Assembly: GCA_964016885.1 (NCBI GenBank)
Contig: OZ024755.1
Location: 13,144,001-13,208,000 of the forward strand
Length of the DNA stretch: 64,000 nt
From: Eledone cirrhosa
Lineage: Eukaryota
Direction: 5' to 3'
Shown: piece after piece, positions 52,202 through 64,000 of the stretch
Numbering within the stretch: position 1 is the stretch's first letter
Layout of the letters: every line of letters starts with the position of its first letter
Translations under genes and position numbers: made by a program
Notes under the pieces: generated by a model
Told to the model about the DNA's origin: nothing
The model's database searches: none
The model's input: only the letters and a program-made list of their open reading frames with translations

Positions 52202-52346
52202 GTGATTGGTCATCTACCACCAGAAGGAGAGGAGAATAATATAGAATGGGTGAAATTAGATGCTGAAATCAATCATAAGCTGGATGGTATCACAGTAGAA
52301 TTATTGAAACATAAACCAATTGATAGCATGATTAATGAAGAATTTC
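52202..52346 (+). CDS. APEH: APEH exon 14 (VIGHLPPEGEENNIEWVKLD...INEEF)
   Basis: tccAG / GTAAGA, phase 0 to 1. Confidence 0.93.
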
Positions 52347-52401
52347 GTAAGATAATTTTATTTTCTGATTGATTTCATGAACCTGTTGGTATTTTATATC
52401 T

Positions 52402-52797
52402 TAACCCTTTTGTAATAAACTGTCTAAAACCACCCCTGCTGTAGTATCATAGAACCAAGGCCCTGGTTTTATGATAGTACAAAGTTATTTACTTTAAAGT
52501 GTTTATATTTGTTTATACCTTTGTTAATTATGTTCCAAACACCAGCCTAACCCTTTTGATACCAAACAATCTAAAAACACCCCTAGTTCTACAAAATTAT
52601 GCTGATAATTTTAAAGTGTTTATATTTACCTAAAAACCTTCCATCATAATTTTGTGTAAGAACCTTTAAGGTATGCTCCAAAAACCAGTTTAATAACAAG
52701 AAATTTAGTTATATTACTAAATCTCTTCATTTTCTTGGGTATTTTCAAAAGTCATAAGCAGCGCTTTTCATTAGAAATGTGGTGACAGAAGGGTTAA
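52402..52797. mobile_element. second TTAA-flanked MITE family; fragments also at ~30340-30800, 38175-38395, 45200-45415, 46520-46740, 49950-50255, 51610-51760
   Basis: TTAACCCTTTT...AAGGGTTAA ends and shared TGTTCCAAACACCAG / TTACTAAAT / AGAAATATGGTAAC blocks. Confidence 0.65.
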
Positions 52798-53382
52798 TTT
52801 ATTTTAAATCTTAATGTTTTTTGGTGTGTTGCAATATTTTTAATTTCTTTACAACAGAACAGATTTCATTGACCCTTTAAACTCACCCGAAACTGCTCCT
52901 ATGAAAGTGTTTAAATTTAAATTCTAATCTTGAACTAAAATCTCATTATTACATAATAGATGAAAAATAATATTAGATTTCAGTAGTTATATATTTGTAT
53001 TTATTGCATTTGTATGTTAGCTTATAGCTAACTGCTTCAATATACGTTTTTTTACTATGGAAATATTATTATATTCATCTATAAACTGTGCCAGTAGCCT
53101 TCAACCTTTTTTCACAATATGAACCTCCAATTATTACTGGGAGACTTATAAAGAACCCTTCAACTCGATATATACATACACATAATTTTTCAATGTTATT
53201 AAAAATAAAACTACACCATTTCATAAAGGAATAACATATTCAAGTAACAGCTTTATAATATCATAAAGATATGTTAAACTTTACTGACAAACTCTGTAGG
53301 GGCCTCCTTTTTACTGATCAACTCCTAAATATTTTAGTGAACCCTTTGTGTTCATATGAACCTAGGTTGGAGACCACTAAAC

Positions 53383-53561
53383 TACAAGGGTTAGCTGAAA
53401 AGTTCATAGGATGACCCAGATACTCTCATGGAATGACCAAATGAGGTTTATTTTTCAACATAGTCTCTGGAAAGAAAACTATACAGTTATGAATACAAAA
53501 AGTAGAAATTAATGCATACAAGATTTCACAGCAATAGCATCACATTTTCATAGTCAGCCTA
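53383..53561. mobile_element. mariner-type MITE, right end truncated
   Basis: Same family; the right TIR stops after ATAGTCAGCCTA. Confidence 0.8.
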
Positions 53562-53638
53562 CCAAAGTATATAACCAAATATGTATATTTAGTCATGTTT
53601 AAATCTGATATTTTGTGTATATTTGCAATTCTTTGCAG

Positions 53639-53719
53639 CTGATCTGGAATTTGAAAGTATTTTCTTGAAGCCATCTGAATGTGCTGACTCTAAGTTTCCC
53701 CTTGTTGTCTGGTCACATG
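53639..53719 (+). CDS. APEH: APEH exon 15 (PDLEFESIFLKPSECADSKFPLVVWSH)
   Basis: tgcAG / GTAAAT, phase 1 to 1, leads into HGGP. Confidence 0.95.
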
Positions 53720-54033
53720 GTAAATATTTTCATATTGTTTATATCAGTGTTTTTTAAACATCTTTTACAATGACCCACAACAGTTCCTGTTGTGGGTCAC
53801 TGTAAAATATATATATAATGGGCTTCCACACAGTTTCTATCAACCAAATTCCTTTCACAAGGCATTGGTCAACCTAAGTCTATACTAAAAGACACTTGCC
53901 CGAGGTACCACACAGTAGAACTGAACTCCTTAACCAGACAGCCATGACTGTGACTTGTTTTTATTGGTTTTCTTTCTTTACTGTATTTTCTGTCTGTGTT
54001 AAAAGTAAATATCTCCATCACTTATATTTTCAG

Positions 54034-54114
54034 GTGGACCGCATTCAGCTTTCATGGGAGACTTTCAGTTATACCCATCAGCAATGTGTTCTTGTGGCTT
54101 CGCTGTTTTATTAG
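54034..54114 (+). CDS. APEH: APEH exon 16 (GGPHSAFMGDFQLYPSAMCSCGFAVLL)
   Basis: ttcAG / GTAAGT, phase 1 to 1, HGGPHS oxyanion-hole motif. Confidence 0.96.
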   Translation: MDRIQLSWETFSYTHQQCVLVASLFY

Positions 54115-54224
54115 GTAAGTAATGTCTATTTTTCAAATTAATTCTTAACATTCTCTACCACATTAAACTACATTAGCAAGACATTCTTTATGTATATATG
54201 GACTTATAACTCCTTTGTCGGTGT

Positions 54225-54472
54225 ACATAAAAGAGTAAGATTTTCTGGCTACTGCCATCATGCCACCTCTGAGGCTGTGTCCCCACTATTGCTTTGGAAA
54301 CCACAAGCAGTCACTAATAACAGGGGGCGCAAGCTCTCCTATCCTGATCTCATCTCCAGAGATTCTGGTATTGAAATCCAGGACTTGGCAACGGCAATGA
54401 ACGACAGACCCACATGGAGGTCAATTATTGAGTCACTTTCAGCTGAGGCCACTGGATGATGATGATGATAAT
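54225..54472 (+). mobile_element. RTE-clade LINE 3' fragment with (GAT)n tail
   Basis: RVRFSGYCHHA..LLLWKP..RGRKLSYPDLISRDSG..AMNDRPTWRSII, then stop and GAT repeats. Confidence 0.8.
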
Positions 54473-55141
54473 GCAACATATAACGTATTTTAGGTGCTTT
54501 AAACCTAACAGAACCCATCCCCTTTCTAAGTCTGATCACAGCCAGTTCTTCGAGAGGAGAGTGATAGATAGGAAGTGAGAAAGAGATATAGCGAAAGAAT
54601 TAGCCTAGTAGTGGACTGGTATTTTTATTGATCTCGGAGGTATGAAAGACAAAGTTGATCTCAGCCAGATTTAAACTCAGAGAGTATAAAGTGCCAAAAC
54701 ACACATGGCGAAACATTGTACTCAACATTCTAATGACTGCTGATTTGCCACTTAAGCAAAATACTCTAGAAAAATATAAAATAGCACTATGATTAAAAAT
54801 TAAAGTATTTACTCGAGTACTGCAAATTTTCATAAATAATTTGTCCACTTGAAGAGAGAATGAGGATGTGTCAAAGACATGACAACCTCTCATGTGCATT
54901 TGGTAGAATGTGAGGCCATAGATAAGCGAGCCGACAAATCCCTGGCTTGTCTGGGAAATCAGTAGCCACTGCTTCAGTACTGAGTTGGTCTGTGTAGACT
55001 CATCCAACCCTTGCTAGCAGGGAAAATGGATGTTAAAATAATGATGATGTGGTGGAAGGGTAGTTTATTCTATGCTCAACATCCTGCAGAATCAATTCTT
55101 ACATGTAATATTTAAATACTTCTTTGTATATTCTATTTCAG

Positions 55142-55230
55142 TAAATTATCGTGGTTCTATTGGATGTGGTCAGAACTCCATTAAATCTCTTTTGGGAAAA
55201 ATTGGTCAACAGGATGTACAAGATGTCCAG
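55142..55230 (+). CDS. APEH: APEH exon 17 (VNYRGSIGCGQNSIKSLLGKIGQQDVQDVQ)
   Basis: ttcAG / GTGAGT, phase 1 to 0, NYRGSxGxG motif. Confidence 0.96.
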
Positions 55231-55453
55231 GTGAGTCAGTTATGAGGCCTCAATCACTGATGTTGATGTTTAGCTGATAAAAAGCAGAGTTGACTTCAGC
55301 AACATTTGAACATCTCTCATTGTCCAATGTAACACATCTATCCTTATTCAATATAATTCATCTATCACTGTCCAACTTGTTTCTTATGCCATAGCTCAAT
55401 ATGTTTGTTTCTTACAACATTATTCAATGTCTCAATGTTGTTTCTTGTTACAG

Positions 55454-55564
55454 TTTGCTGCTGAATCATTACTGAAACTTGATTACATTAATGAAAATCA
55501 TGTCACCGTGATTGGTGGTTCCCATGGTGGCTTCCTTGCTTTACATTTAATTGGTCAATATCCA
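55454..55564 (+). CDS. APEH: APEH exon 18 with catalytic Ser (FAAESLLKLD...VIGGSHGGFLALHLIGQYP)
   Basis: tacAG / GTAAGT, phase 0 to 0, GGSHGG with Ser codon at 55520-55522. Confidence 0.97.
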
Positions 55565-55715
55565 GTAAGTATCACACAGTTATCTTTTCTTCCCTTACAA
55601 TTAATTATATTGATCATAATCATCATTTATACAGCAGTATGAAACTTTTATTGTGTCATTTTGGTAAGTTAAGGCTCCATGTTCAAACCATCACTAGTTA
55701 CCTCAGAGTCAACTA

Positions 55716-55906
55716 TAGTATATACTCGAATATAAGCACCCCCACCTTATTTCATGTCTGATAAATGGACAAAAATCCAAACCCCCATTTATAAGCCAAG
55801 GCAGCTAATCAACACATTGTTTAGATGGCATTTACCATCATTTCTTTTTTTTTGGGGGGGGGGGGGGGGGTCACAAGTTCCCTGGCTTATATTTGGTATA
55901 TATTGT
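55716..55906. mobile_element. pogo/Tc1-like MITE; related copy at ~57576-57753
   Basis: Degenerate TIRs TATATACTCGAATATAAGC / GCTTATATTTGGTATATA. Confidence 0.5.
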
Positions 55907-56057
55907 ATTTCACTAAATATTCAAATTAATTAATTTAGTTGACAAAATGTCAGAGATACCTGCTTATATTTTCATAACTATAACATCTTTAAAGTGATAA
56001 AAATCTATTAAAAAAAAAAAAATCAAAGATCTGAATATTGCATTTGTTTACTTTCAG

Positions 56058-56106
56058 GATTTTTACAAAGCAGCTGTTTGCAGAAATCCTGTGACTAGTT
56101 TGCTTA
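56058..56106 (+). CDS. APEH: APEH exon 19 (DFYKAAVCRNPVTSLL)
   Basis: ttcAG / GTAAGT, phase 0 to 1, RNPV motif. Confidence 0.94.
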
Positions 56107-56546
56107 GTAAGTATTTTGTTTGTCTGAAGTCTTATCACATTATATCTCTTTGTCTCTTCCTTACTGCTAAATCACAGGCAGCGAATTGGCAGAGTCGTTA
56201 GAACATCGGATAGAATGCTTTGTGATATTCTTTTTTATTCTCTGTTCTCTAAGTTCAAATCCCGCCGATATCAACTTTGCCTTTCATCAATTTAAAGTCG
56301 GTTAAAAAAAAGTACCAGTTTAGTACTAGGGTCAGTGCCTTTGATAATTTGTCCACAAAGTGGAACTGAGACATACCACCTAAACTGGAGTGTAGAGGTT
56401 GTCTCTTCCCCCATTCCCTTTACTTTTGTTATTTTTTCTTTTTTTTTTCTTTTTTATTGCAAACTTTATATAATTTAATGGAAATTTGTTAAATGAAATG
56501 TTTGATTAGACTCGGTTCTTAATGAATCTTTTGTTTTGTATTGCAG

Positions 56547-56577
56547 CCATATTTGGATCCTCTGACATTCCAGATTG
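56547..56577 (+). CDS. APEH: APEH exon 20, 31-nt small exon (TIFGSSDIPDW)
   Basis: tgcAG / GTAAGT, phase 1 to 2, SDIPDW motif. Confidence 0.94.
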
Positions 56578-57129
56578 GTAAGTACCAAACCATTCCACCC
56601 AAACATTTGTATTATGTAAATTATCTATAGTTATAAATCCAGAATACTATACATCTTCATCATCATGTCTGCTTTCCATGTTGGCAAAGGTCAGATGGGT
56701 TATAATGGAGTGAGACTGGACTGGTCCGAGGCAGGACTGGTCTGAGGCAGGACTGGTCTGAGGCAGGACTGGTTGGAAGACCACATCATGCTCAGTCATT
56801 CCATTAAACTGTAATAATGTAGGGTTGGAAAGACACTTCAGTCATGCTGGGAACTTAACAACCTCACTAGTGCTACTTCAATGATAAAAAGCACCCAGTA
56901 CACTCTGTAAAGTGGTTGGTATTAAAAAGAGCATCCAACCATATAACCCATGCCAAAATTGGAACATATAAGCAAAACATCTGATAGAAGAATAGTGAAT
57001 GAGAATTTAACAAATTCAAGAGGAAAAACAGAAATTCTAGTGAGATATCTAAAGTAGATTCCTTGGTATTTTTAACACTTGGATTTCCAGTTGTTCCTCA
57101 TAGCAAGTAGGTACAGTTCATACACAATC

Positions 57130-57356
57130 TAACTTAACCACATAACCATGCCTCAGTCCAATTCAACCACATGGCCATTAAGTCCAATTCAAGCATATGG
57201 TCATACCTAAGTCCAATTCAACCACATAGCCAAACCTCAGTCTAACATAACCACACAGCAATATCTGAGTCCAACGTATTAACCTCACAGCCATGTTAAG
57301 TCCATCTTAACCACACAGTCATACCTTGATCCAACTTAACCACACAACCACACCTG
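57130..57356. repeat. degenerate ~28 bp tandem repeat, ~8 copies
   Basis: Recurrent AACCACA.AGCCA.ACCT.AGTCCAA. Confidence 0.75.
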
Positions 57357-57421
57357 CTTCCATGGATTCTATTTACATTGAATGTTCCCCTTTTTTACTT
57401 GATATTGTTTTATATTTTCAG

Positions 57422-57524
57422 GGCTTTTGTTGAATGCGGTCTGGATTACAAACATGGCAAAGTTGCTGACATGGAAAGTCTAGAAGCTTTCTGGAAGATG
57501 TCTCCAACTCGATATATTGATCAG
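57422..57524 (+). CDS. APEH: APEH exon 21 (AFVECGLDYKHGKVADMESLEAFWKMSPTRYIDQ)
   Basis: ttcAG / GTAATA, phase 2 to 0, SPxRY motif. Confidence 0.94.
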
Positions 57525-57983
57525 GTAATAACAATATTGGCTGTCATTTGATAAGATTGGCTTTTGGCAACATTTACCATGTATACTCGAATATAAATTT
57601 AGGAATATGTGACCAGGTCGGCTTATATCAATATATATATCAATATTTTGATGATTTTCACCAACTTCAAATTCTACGTAGATAAGGTTTGGATTTTTCC
57701 CCATTTTTCAAACATAAAATAGTGGGGTCAGCTTATATTTGATTATATACAATAGTTTTTAAAAGGTCATCATTTTCATCATTATTACCACCACCAGTAA
57801 CACCGATACAATCATCACCACCACTACAATCACCATCACCATCACAACCATCATAACTATGTCTATGCAGGAACTGGTACGAACCTCTTTCATTTTAAAC
57901 AATGTTTTCTTTACACAAATGTGGTGTTCTTTTTTGTTTTGTTTTTATAGGCTTTTACTATATATTTTGTTTATTTTTACCAG

Positions 57984-58090
57984 GTCATTACACCAACAAT
58001 GTTTATGGTTGGCACTGCTGATCTTAGAGTCCCACCAAAGTCTGCACTTGAATTCTACAAAGCTTTAAAAGCTCGTAAAGTCCCTGTCAG
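57984..58090 (+). CDS. APEH: APEH exon 22 with catalytic Asp (VITPTMFMVGTADLRVPPKSALEFYKALKARKVPVR)
   Basis: accAG / GTTTGT, phase 0 to 2, DxRVP with Asp codon at 58020-58022. Confidence 0.96.
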
Positions 58091-58210
58091 GTTTGTTAAT
58101 TCATGGCAGATTTTTATTTTTCTTATCTTTAATTTATGGATAGAGTTGTAGTTAGATGAAGTATATATATATTTATATATATATGGTTTTTCCTGGCGGC
58201 AGCATATCAA

Positions 58211-58320
58211 TAAATCGGATTTCATCTGAGGATACCGTTCTCATAACAACAACAAATGCATGAAAGACTTCTCGATTGCATGGAGAATCGTGGAAATAGT
58301 TATAATGATTAAACGATTTA
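58211..58320 (+). ncRNA. type I hammerhead ribozyme motif in the last APEH intron
   Basis: Stem I TCAT/ATGA plus distal TAAATCG/CGATTTA, CTGAGGA (58226-58232), stem II TACCGTTCTC/GAGAATCGTG, GAAA (58293-58296), stem III ATAGTTAT, AUA triplet ending at 58304; flanked by TA repeats. Confidence 0.75.
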
Positions 58321-58343
58321 TGTAACATCAGCATTTTATTTTG

Positions 58344-58395
<52 letters not shown>

Positions 58396-58570
58396 CAATG
58401 AAAACAAAAGGCAAAGTTAAGTGCTTAATCAGCTTGTTGTTTTATGACTGTTTTAGAAGGTTGATTGATCATGATAAATCAATACAGTAACTATTCGGTA
58501 GTAGTTATGTAACTCCATAACATTGGTTTCGATATGATAAATCCATCTCCCCATCTTTTATATATATCTG

Positions 58571-58784
58571 CTAGCATCCGGCCAGAATTTTCTCGCTACT
58601 TTCTGTTCAAACTGGCCATAACTGGTTGCTAAATACTGTCGGTATGGTATTGTTCTCAAAATAAATTATAACATCATCAATATCTTGTAGATTCGATATT
58701 ATGAGAGATAATTATATTAGATAAAAAGCCTTTACTTCTAAAATACAATATTTTAGAAGTATAATGTAAATGCTAAACGGTTAA
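58571..58784 (-). mobile_element. piggyBac-type MITE, left end eroded
   Basis: Same family, ends AATGCTAAACGGTTAA. Confidence 0.75.
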
Positions 58785-58828
58785 TGCTCTAATAATCTTC
58801 TCTATTTTTCTCTCTCTCTCTCTTTCAG

Positions 58829-58931
58829 ATTTCTATCCTATGCTGAAAACAGTCACCCACTAAACAAAGTAGATGCAGAAGCTGATGCCTTTGTCAACAT
58901 TGTTTCTTGGTTCTGGTATTACATCTGTTGA
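58829..58931 (+). CDS. APEH: APEH last exon with catalytic His (FLSYAENSHPLNKVDAEADAFVNIVSWFWYYIC*)
   Basis: ttcAG acceptor, His codon at 58854-58856, TGA at 58929-58931. Confidence 0.96.
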
Positions 58932-59080
58932 CCTGTGGAATATATTTCTTAAATCCCTGCTAATTCCTCTAGCAGCTTTGCTGGTTTGCTGATTTCCTCC
59001 CTGTTCTACCTTTGCCCTACCTACTGAAACCTGCAGCAGCACCACCAACACCACCACTACCACTTCTCATTAAAACAAAA

Positions 59081-59092
59081 AATAAAAATAAA
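59081..59092 (+). promoter_or_regulatory. candidate polyadenylation signals (tandem AATAAA) of APEH
   Basis: AATAAAAATAAA about 150 nt after the stop codon; the AT-rich context makes chance occurrence likely. Confidence 0.4.
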
Positions 59093-60363
59093 CTTTAAAA
59101 AATCTGTTTTATTCTTTACAAATAGTCAAGTTGTTTATAACTGCTTCCAAAGAATTTTTCTTTCCAGTTTAATTTCAAATTTTCCAATTCATATAGCCAC
59201 TAGTATACATACATTCTCTCCCTCTCTCTCTACACACACAAGTCTATCAGTAATGGGTTTGTCACTTTCTTTAGAATAGAATCCCAGAAAGAAAGAAATG
59301 GAAAGAAAAATGTTAAATTGTTTTTAAAAAGAAGTTTATCATCTGTTGGTTTAATTTTAATGTTTTTACATTCATTTTCCATGTTAAAATGGATTAGATG
59401 GTTCTGAAAACTTGAATATTCAAATGAATTGTTGAAGTATTTCATTAGTTGGATGCCCTTCATCTTGAAATGAGAAAGTGTGTATTTTTCAGCTTGGTAG
59501 ATAAAGGTATGCAAGGTAGTTGTTTTCTTTGACCTGCGGCACAACACAAGACTGCTGAAAAAAAAAAAGAAGAAAAAAACACATGAACTTGTCATAAAAT
59601 TGAATAATAATTTCTTGATCTCTCGTGGATCTCTTAGTCAAATTTTACCTTCTGCTGAATATTTCACAGTAATTCTGTTTTTAAATTAAGTTACGTTAAA
59701 AACAAAAAAATGATTATTTTCTTCTTCTAAATCATGAAAATATATAACAAAATTTTCAATATTTATTGATTTTAAAAAAAAAATTTTATGAAAGTCTTTT
59801 TGTTAGTGTATATGTTTCTGTTTTCATATATTTTTCAAATTAGATTTTACTAATAGTGTGACTAAATTATTTTTAAATGGTTAACAGAATTGTGTAGATC
59901 TCAAAAATTCTTAATTAGCATATTGTTGTTTTTCAATGGTACCTTTTGGTTATTAATCATAATCATAGACTTTTTATTAATTGATATTTTTCAATGCCAA
60001 GTTTTATATGTTGCAATTGAAGATTTTTTAAAAGGAGTTCAGTTATGAGAGCTTACTAAGAATGGCTGTTAAAATTCTATCCCTATTGTAAAGCCCTATA
60101 TTTAATATTTGTGAGAAATTGATATAAATTTTGATACTAATGTTGTAATATAACTAAAGAAATACTTTGAGATAGAAATAATATACGTTTCATTATTGAG
60201 ATGTTATTAATGTAATATAACTGAAGATTTACTTTTAGAAATAGAAATATATATATTTCGTTATACGATGTTATTCGTGTAGTATAACTGAAGATACTTT
60301 CAGATAGAAATATGTTTTATTATGGGATGATATATGCATGTATTATGAGTGGGGAAATACTTT

Positions 60364-60582
60364 TATGAGGGTCGGCTGAAATGTTTATAGGCAGAAAATT
60401 TCATAGGCTGACCAAGATATTCTCATGGAATGACTAAATGAGGTTTATTTTTCAACATAATCCCTGGAAAGAAAACAATGCAGTTTATTATTAAGAAGAG
60501 TTGACATTAATGCATGCAAGATTTCACAACTCTAGCATCAATCCTTCATAATCAACCTATGAACTTTTCAGCCAACCTTGTA
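60364..60582. mobile_element. mariner-type MITE
   Basis: Same family, with a small internal duplication in the left TIR. Confidence 0.8.
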
Positions 60583-60702
60583 TATGTTTCGTTATGAGAT
60601 ATGAATATAATGACTGGGGAAATAATAATAGAAATAGATATATGTATTTAATTGATAAGCATTACCTAATTTACTTAGTTTTATAACAAGCCTTTACCTT
60701 TC

Positions 60703-60914
60703 TTTACCCTTTAGCATTTACATTACTCTATATTTACTATTGCATTTTCATGGTAAAGGCTTTATCTCACATAATATCGAATCTATGAGATTTTGATATT
60801 TATTTTGAGAACAATACCTTAACATAAGTATACGTGGCCAGTTATGACTAGTTTGAACAAGAGCAGTGAGAGAATTCTGGCCGGATACAGCCGGTTTAAA
60901 TGCTAACGGGTTAA
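60703..60914 (+). mobile_element. piggyBac-type MITE
   Basis: Same family and orientation as 33348-33577. Confidence 0.78.
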
Positions 60915-61420
60915 TGTTCTTTCCTTCTTTTTCTACACTTCTTCATTGTCATGTTCAAAATAATATTTTGTTTTCCCAATACTTTTTACCCATCTTCCAG
61001 TCCTGCTGCCATGTCTGGTATCATCTCATGTATTGCAGCTTTATAAATCATACCCGTGTTTAACTATCCCATTTTTATAAATGTTGATCTTGAAAAATTC
61101 TACAAAATCAAAGCTATTATCTTTAAAGTATTTATATCCTATAAGGATAAGATGTAAACCTCAGTGTAATATATATTTTTACAAGCAGTACATAAGGATA
61201 AGGAATATGTCCTAGGGCATATCAAGCCTTCCAGCGCTAAGGGTCTTTGGAGGCTTAAGCCCCTCCAATAATTTGTTTTCATATACTTGTGCTTTGGTTT
61301 TTACTATACTTATTTTCTATTGACTCTAAATATGTTAGTACAATCATGTTTTTAATTTCTTTCTTAGTCTCATATTGGTGATAAAAAAAAAGTGTGAGCT
61401 TGTAATAATACACATGCACA

Positions 61421-61453
<33 letters not shown>

Positions 61454-64000
61454 CACACACACATACATATAAGTATATATATATATATACTTAAGCTCCT
61501 CCCCACCAATCCCAAAACTGCAATGGAAGCTCTGTATATGTATTTACAGGTAACCCATAGATATATGAGATATACCTTAAGATATAGTATATGTTTTTTA
61601 TGGGAAATTCATAGGGGGTAAGAGATATACCCCAGGGAATATACTAATGCAGAGTTTATAGATTTCACAAAGGAAATATCTTGGTAAATATATGAATAAA
61701 ACATGTCCACTTAGATGGATCCATTATAAAACTCAGTGTGTAAGGTGCAGAGCCCAATGGTTAGTTTTGGCTCATGAGTTTGATTCTCTAACTGCATGGT
61801 GCATTGTGTCACACTTCATTTCACTCAACTAAAAAATAAAATGAGTACTAGCAACAGCATATGTGGGTTAACCTTGCAATGGACTGGTGTCTCATCCAGG
61901 AGAACGTCTAGTACTCTCAGTTGCTCAATACCAATGAAACCAGGATAAACTCCAGCCTGATAAACGTCTGGGCTTAGGACAAATTATATAACTCAGAACA
62001 ATATTTTACAAAGTTTAGTATTTGCATATTCTGGGGTTGATACACCAGAATATTGATTCGATGGTAAACTAACAACTTTTTTTTTTTTATAGCAATAAAT
62101 ATATATTTTTACATATATTTATTCAAAAACCAAAGAGATTTTTTTTTTTCTTTTTTCAGAATGATTTTTTTTTTTTTTTCCAGTTTCAAATTATTCGTGT
62201 ATGTTGCTGTTGTGGTTATGCTAATTTAACTGGCTTCAATTACCTCTACCACTAGAATAATTTAATAGAAGAAAACTACTGTAGTTTGCTTGAGGCAATG
62301 TAGAATGTGTTATAGCAATGCAGATTAAATATTAAATATAAACAAATAAAGATATTGAAAGGTTATTTTATAAATATCTAATTGAATGGGAGACAAGCAC
62401 AATCCATTTAAGAGCATTCCACACAGTTTCTATGTACTCAGTTTCATTCACAAGGTTGTGTCAACCCAAGGCTATAGTAGAAGACACTTTCCTGATATGC
62501 CACACAGTGGAATCAAACTCTTGATCATGTAATTGTGAAGCAAACTTCTTGACCATTAGCCATACTGCTCAAGTACTTCTTAACTAGAAATACACAAATT
62601 TGTTGCCATTCAATTTACAGAAGTAAATTATTTTTGCCTCTTATTCAGCATATTTGGAACTGGAGTTATTGTAGGTATCATAGATACCCTGTTGAGACTA
62701 GGCAGATTTTATTACTTTGAAAATAGTGAAGTTGATTGTGTTGGAAATCTTAAACATTAATTCGTAAAAGACTGAGAGATATAGAACCAAATACAATGAA
62801 ATACTTACAGTAGATATAAGCTCACAATGTCTAGTCTATGATTTCTAGTTGCTTATATTATTCAAATGAAAATAGATAAGTAAATGCAAGTACTTTAAAG
62901 GCCATCTTCCTTGCAAAATTATGAAAGCTTCATACTCATCATGGAGTCTTTTCTGGAGTAATGTTTTACAGCCTGATGACCTTCCTGGTGCTAACCCCTT
63001 TTAGTTGCCTCTTACAATACACTGAAGTACACTTTAGCTATTCTAGACTGGTTACTCACAACATTGAACAGATTAGAGTGATATACACTTAATTATAGAT
63101 AAAAATATAAAAATTCCAAGCCATCATGTCAGTGACAGGGATTTATGACTGTATATATGTATTTATAGCCATAAATATGTAGATTCCCAAGTTGTGTCAG
63201 GGGAGGGGGGTCTACAGTTAAAAAAAGGTATTCAATACATTGGTAGAGTATAGGCATCTTTATTATATATAAAAATGACTTCTCCAGGACTAGAACTACT
63301 TCATACGAATGAAACCGTTCTACATCTGTGGAAGTCATTTCTATATATAATAAATATCATGTAATGAGTTTTGTTTCTGCAACTGAGTATATACACACAC
63401 ACATATATATATATATATATATGTGTGTGGTTAACTTTATTTGTAAGCCTTCCACATCTACAAATCTGCAAAGTTCTGCCCTAAACACTTTCCATAAAAT
63501 TCTAGACACTTTTTTTTTTTTTTATTCAAGGCCTCTCACTTGCCAGGTTTGTTGCCAAAAATAAAATATGTAAAATTTTAGAAACAAAATATTTTATTTT
63601 TAGTATGTTAACTGTGTTTTTCTTTTTTTTTTTTTTCCGTCTTAAATCTGTTAAAAGATTATCAAATACCACAATACAATTTTCCAAACTTCAGTACGAA
63701 AAGATGGCTACAAATTTATGCTGGCATTGTGTGTGTGTAGCTGGTATCTATGAATATGGAGTTCGTTTCCTGCTAGCAACTTTGTTTTCTATCTTTAAGG
63801 GTTTTCAACCTATTTAATAAGCTATTTTATAGCATCTCAACACATGAGCACACTATTATATATATATAGTTCAAGGAGACAACAAACAGAGGTACAAAAA
63901 GTCTTATTAGTTTCACACTTTATATGGAAAAGGAGAAAGTTCAACATGTTGGGCTTAAGCCCTACTTCAGGAGTACGAAATAGATATGTATGTGTATATA

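Larger units (their letters stand above)
16637..58931 (+). other. APEH: APEH gene span (acylamino-acid-releasing enzyme / acylpeptide hydrolase, peptidase S9C); 23 coding exons, 738 aa
   Basis: Manual splicing gives one 2217-nt ORF with matching intron phases. It resembles vertebrate APEH throughout: TQRDLER, ESPSG, EDWGE, HEPWRLG, HGGPHS, VNYRGS, GGSHGG (catalytic Ser), RNPV, SDIPDW, DLRVP (Asp), NSHPL (His). The first exon is the least certain part. Confidence 0.95.

Noticed and set aside
58929-58952. TGA-C stop readthrough or selenocysteine
   Set aside because: It would add only 7 residues before TAA, the protein ends where homologues end, and no SECIS was recognised.
60140-60325. CTGAAGA...GAAA in a ~68 bp degenerate tandem repeat
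   Set aside because: Pairings are inconsistent between units; best treated as a simple AT-rich repeat.

Overview
AT-rich, microsatellite- and SINE/MITE-dense animal genomic DNA. The repeat landscape suggests a coleoid cephalopod such as Octopus (inference, not proven). The main content is one complete multi-exon gene on the + strand, acylamino-acid-releasing enzyme (APEH, peptidase S9C). I reconstructed it by hand as 23 GT-AG exons (16637-58931, 2217 nt, 738 aa) with consistent intron phases and an intact Ser-Asp-His triad. There is a candidate second first exon at 20120-20314. The non-coding 5' end of a probable minus-strand gene lies at about 7940-1419. Almost all other ORF-track entries are microsatellite or repeat noise. 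The most notable non-genic signal is a set of short elements, mostly beside TA microsatellites, with inverted-repeat architecture and/or type I hammerhead-ribozyme motifs, resembling Penelope-like pLTR remnants. Two have complete canonical cores and lie in sense orientation in APEH introns (33863-33933 and 58211-58320). One has a compensatory U3-A8 core inside a ~125 bp foldback (15788-16047), and several more are degenerate. Also present: a decayed CRE-type (RLE endonuclease) retrotransposon, RTE LINE fragments, mariner-, piggyBac- and pogo-type MITEs, and many minisatellites. All calls are manual; no searches or folding programs were run.
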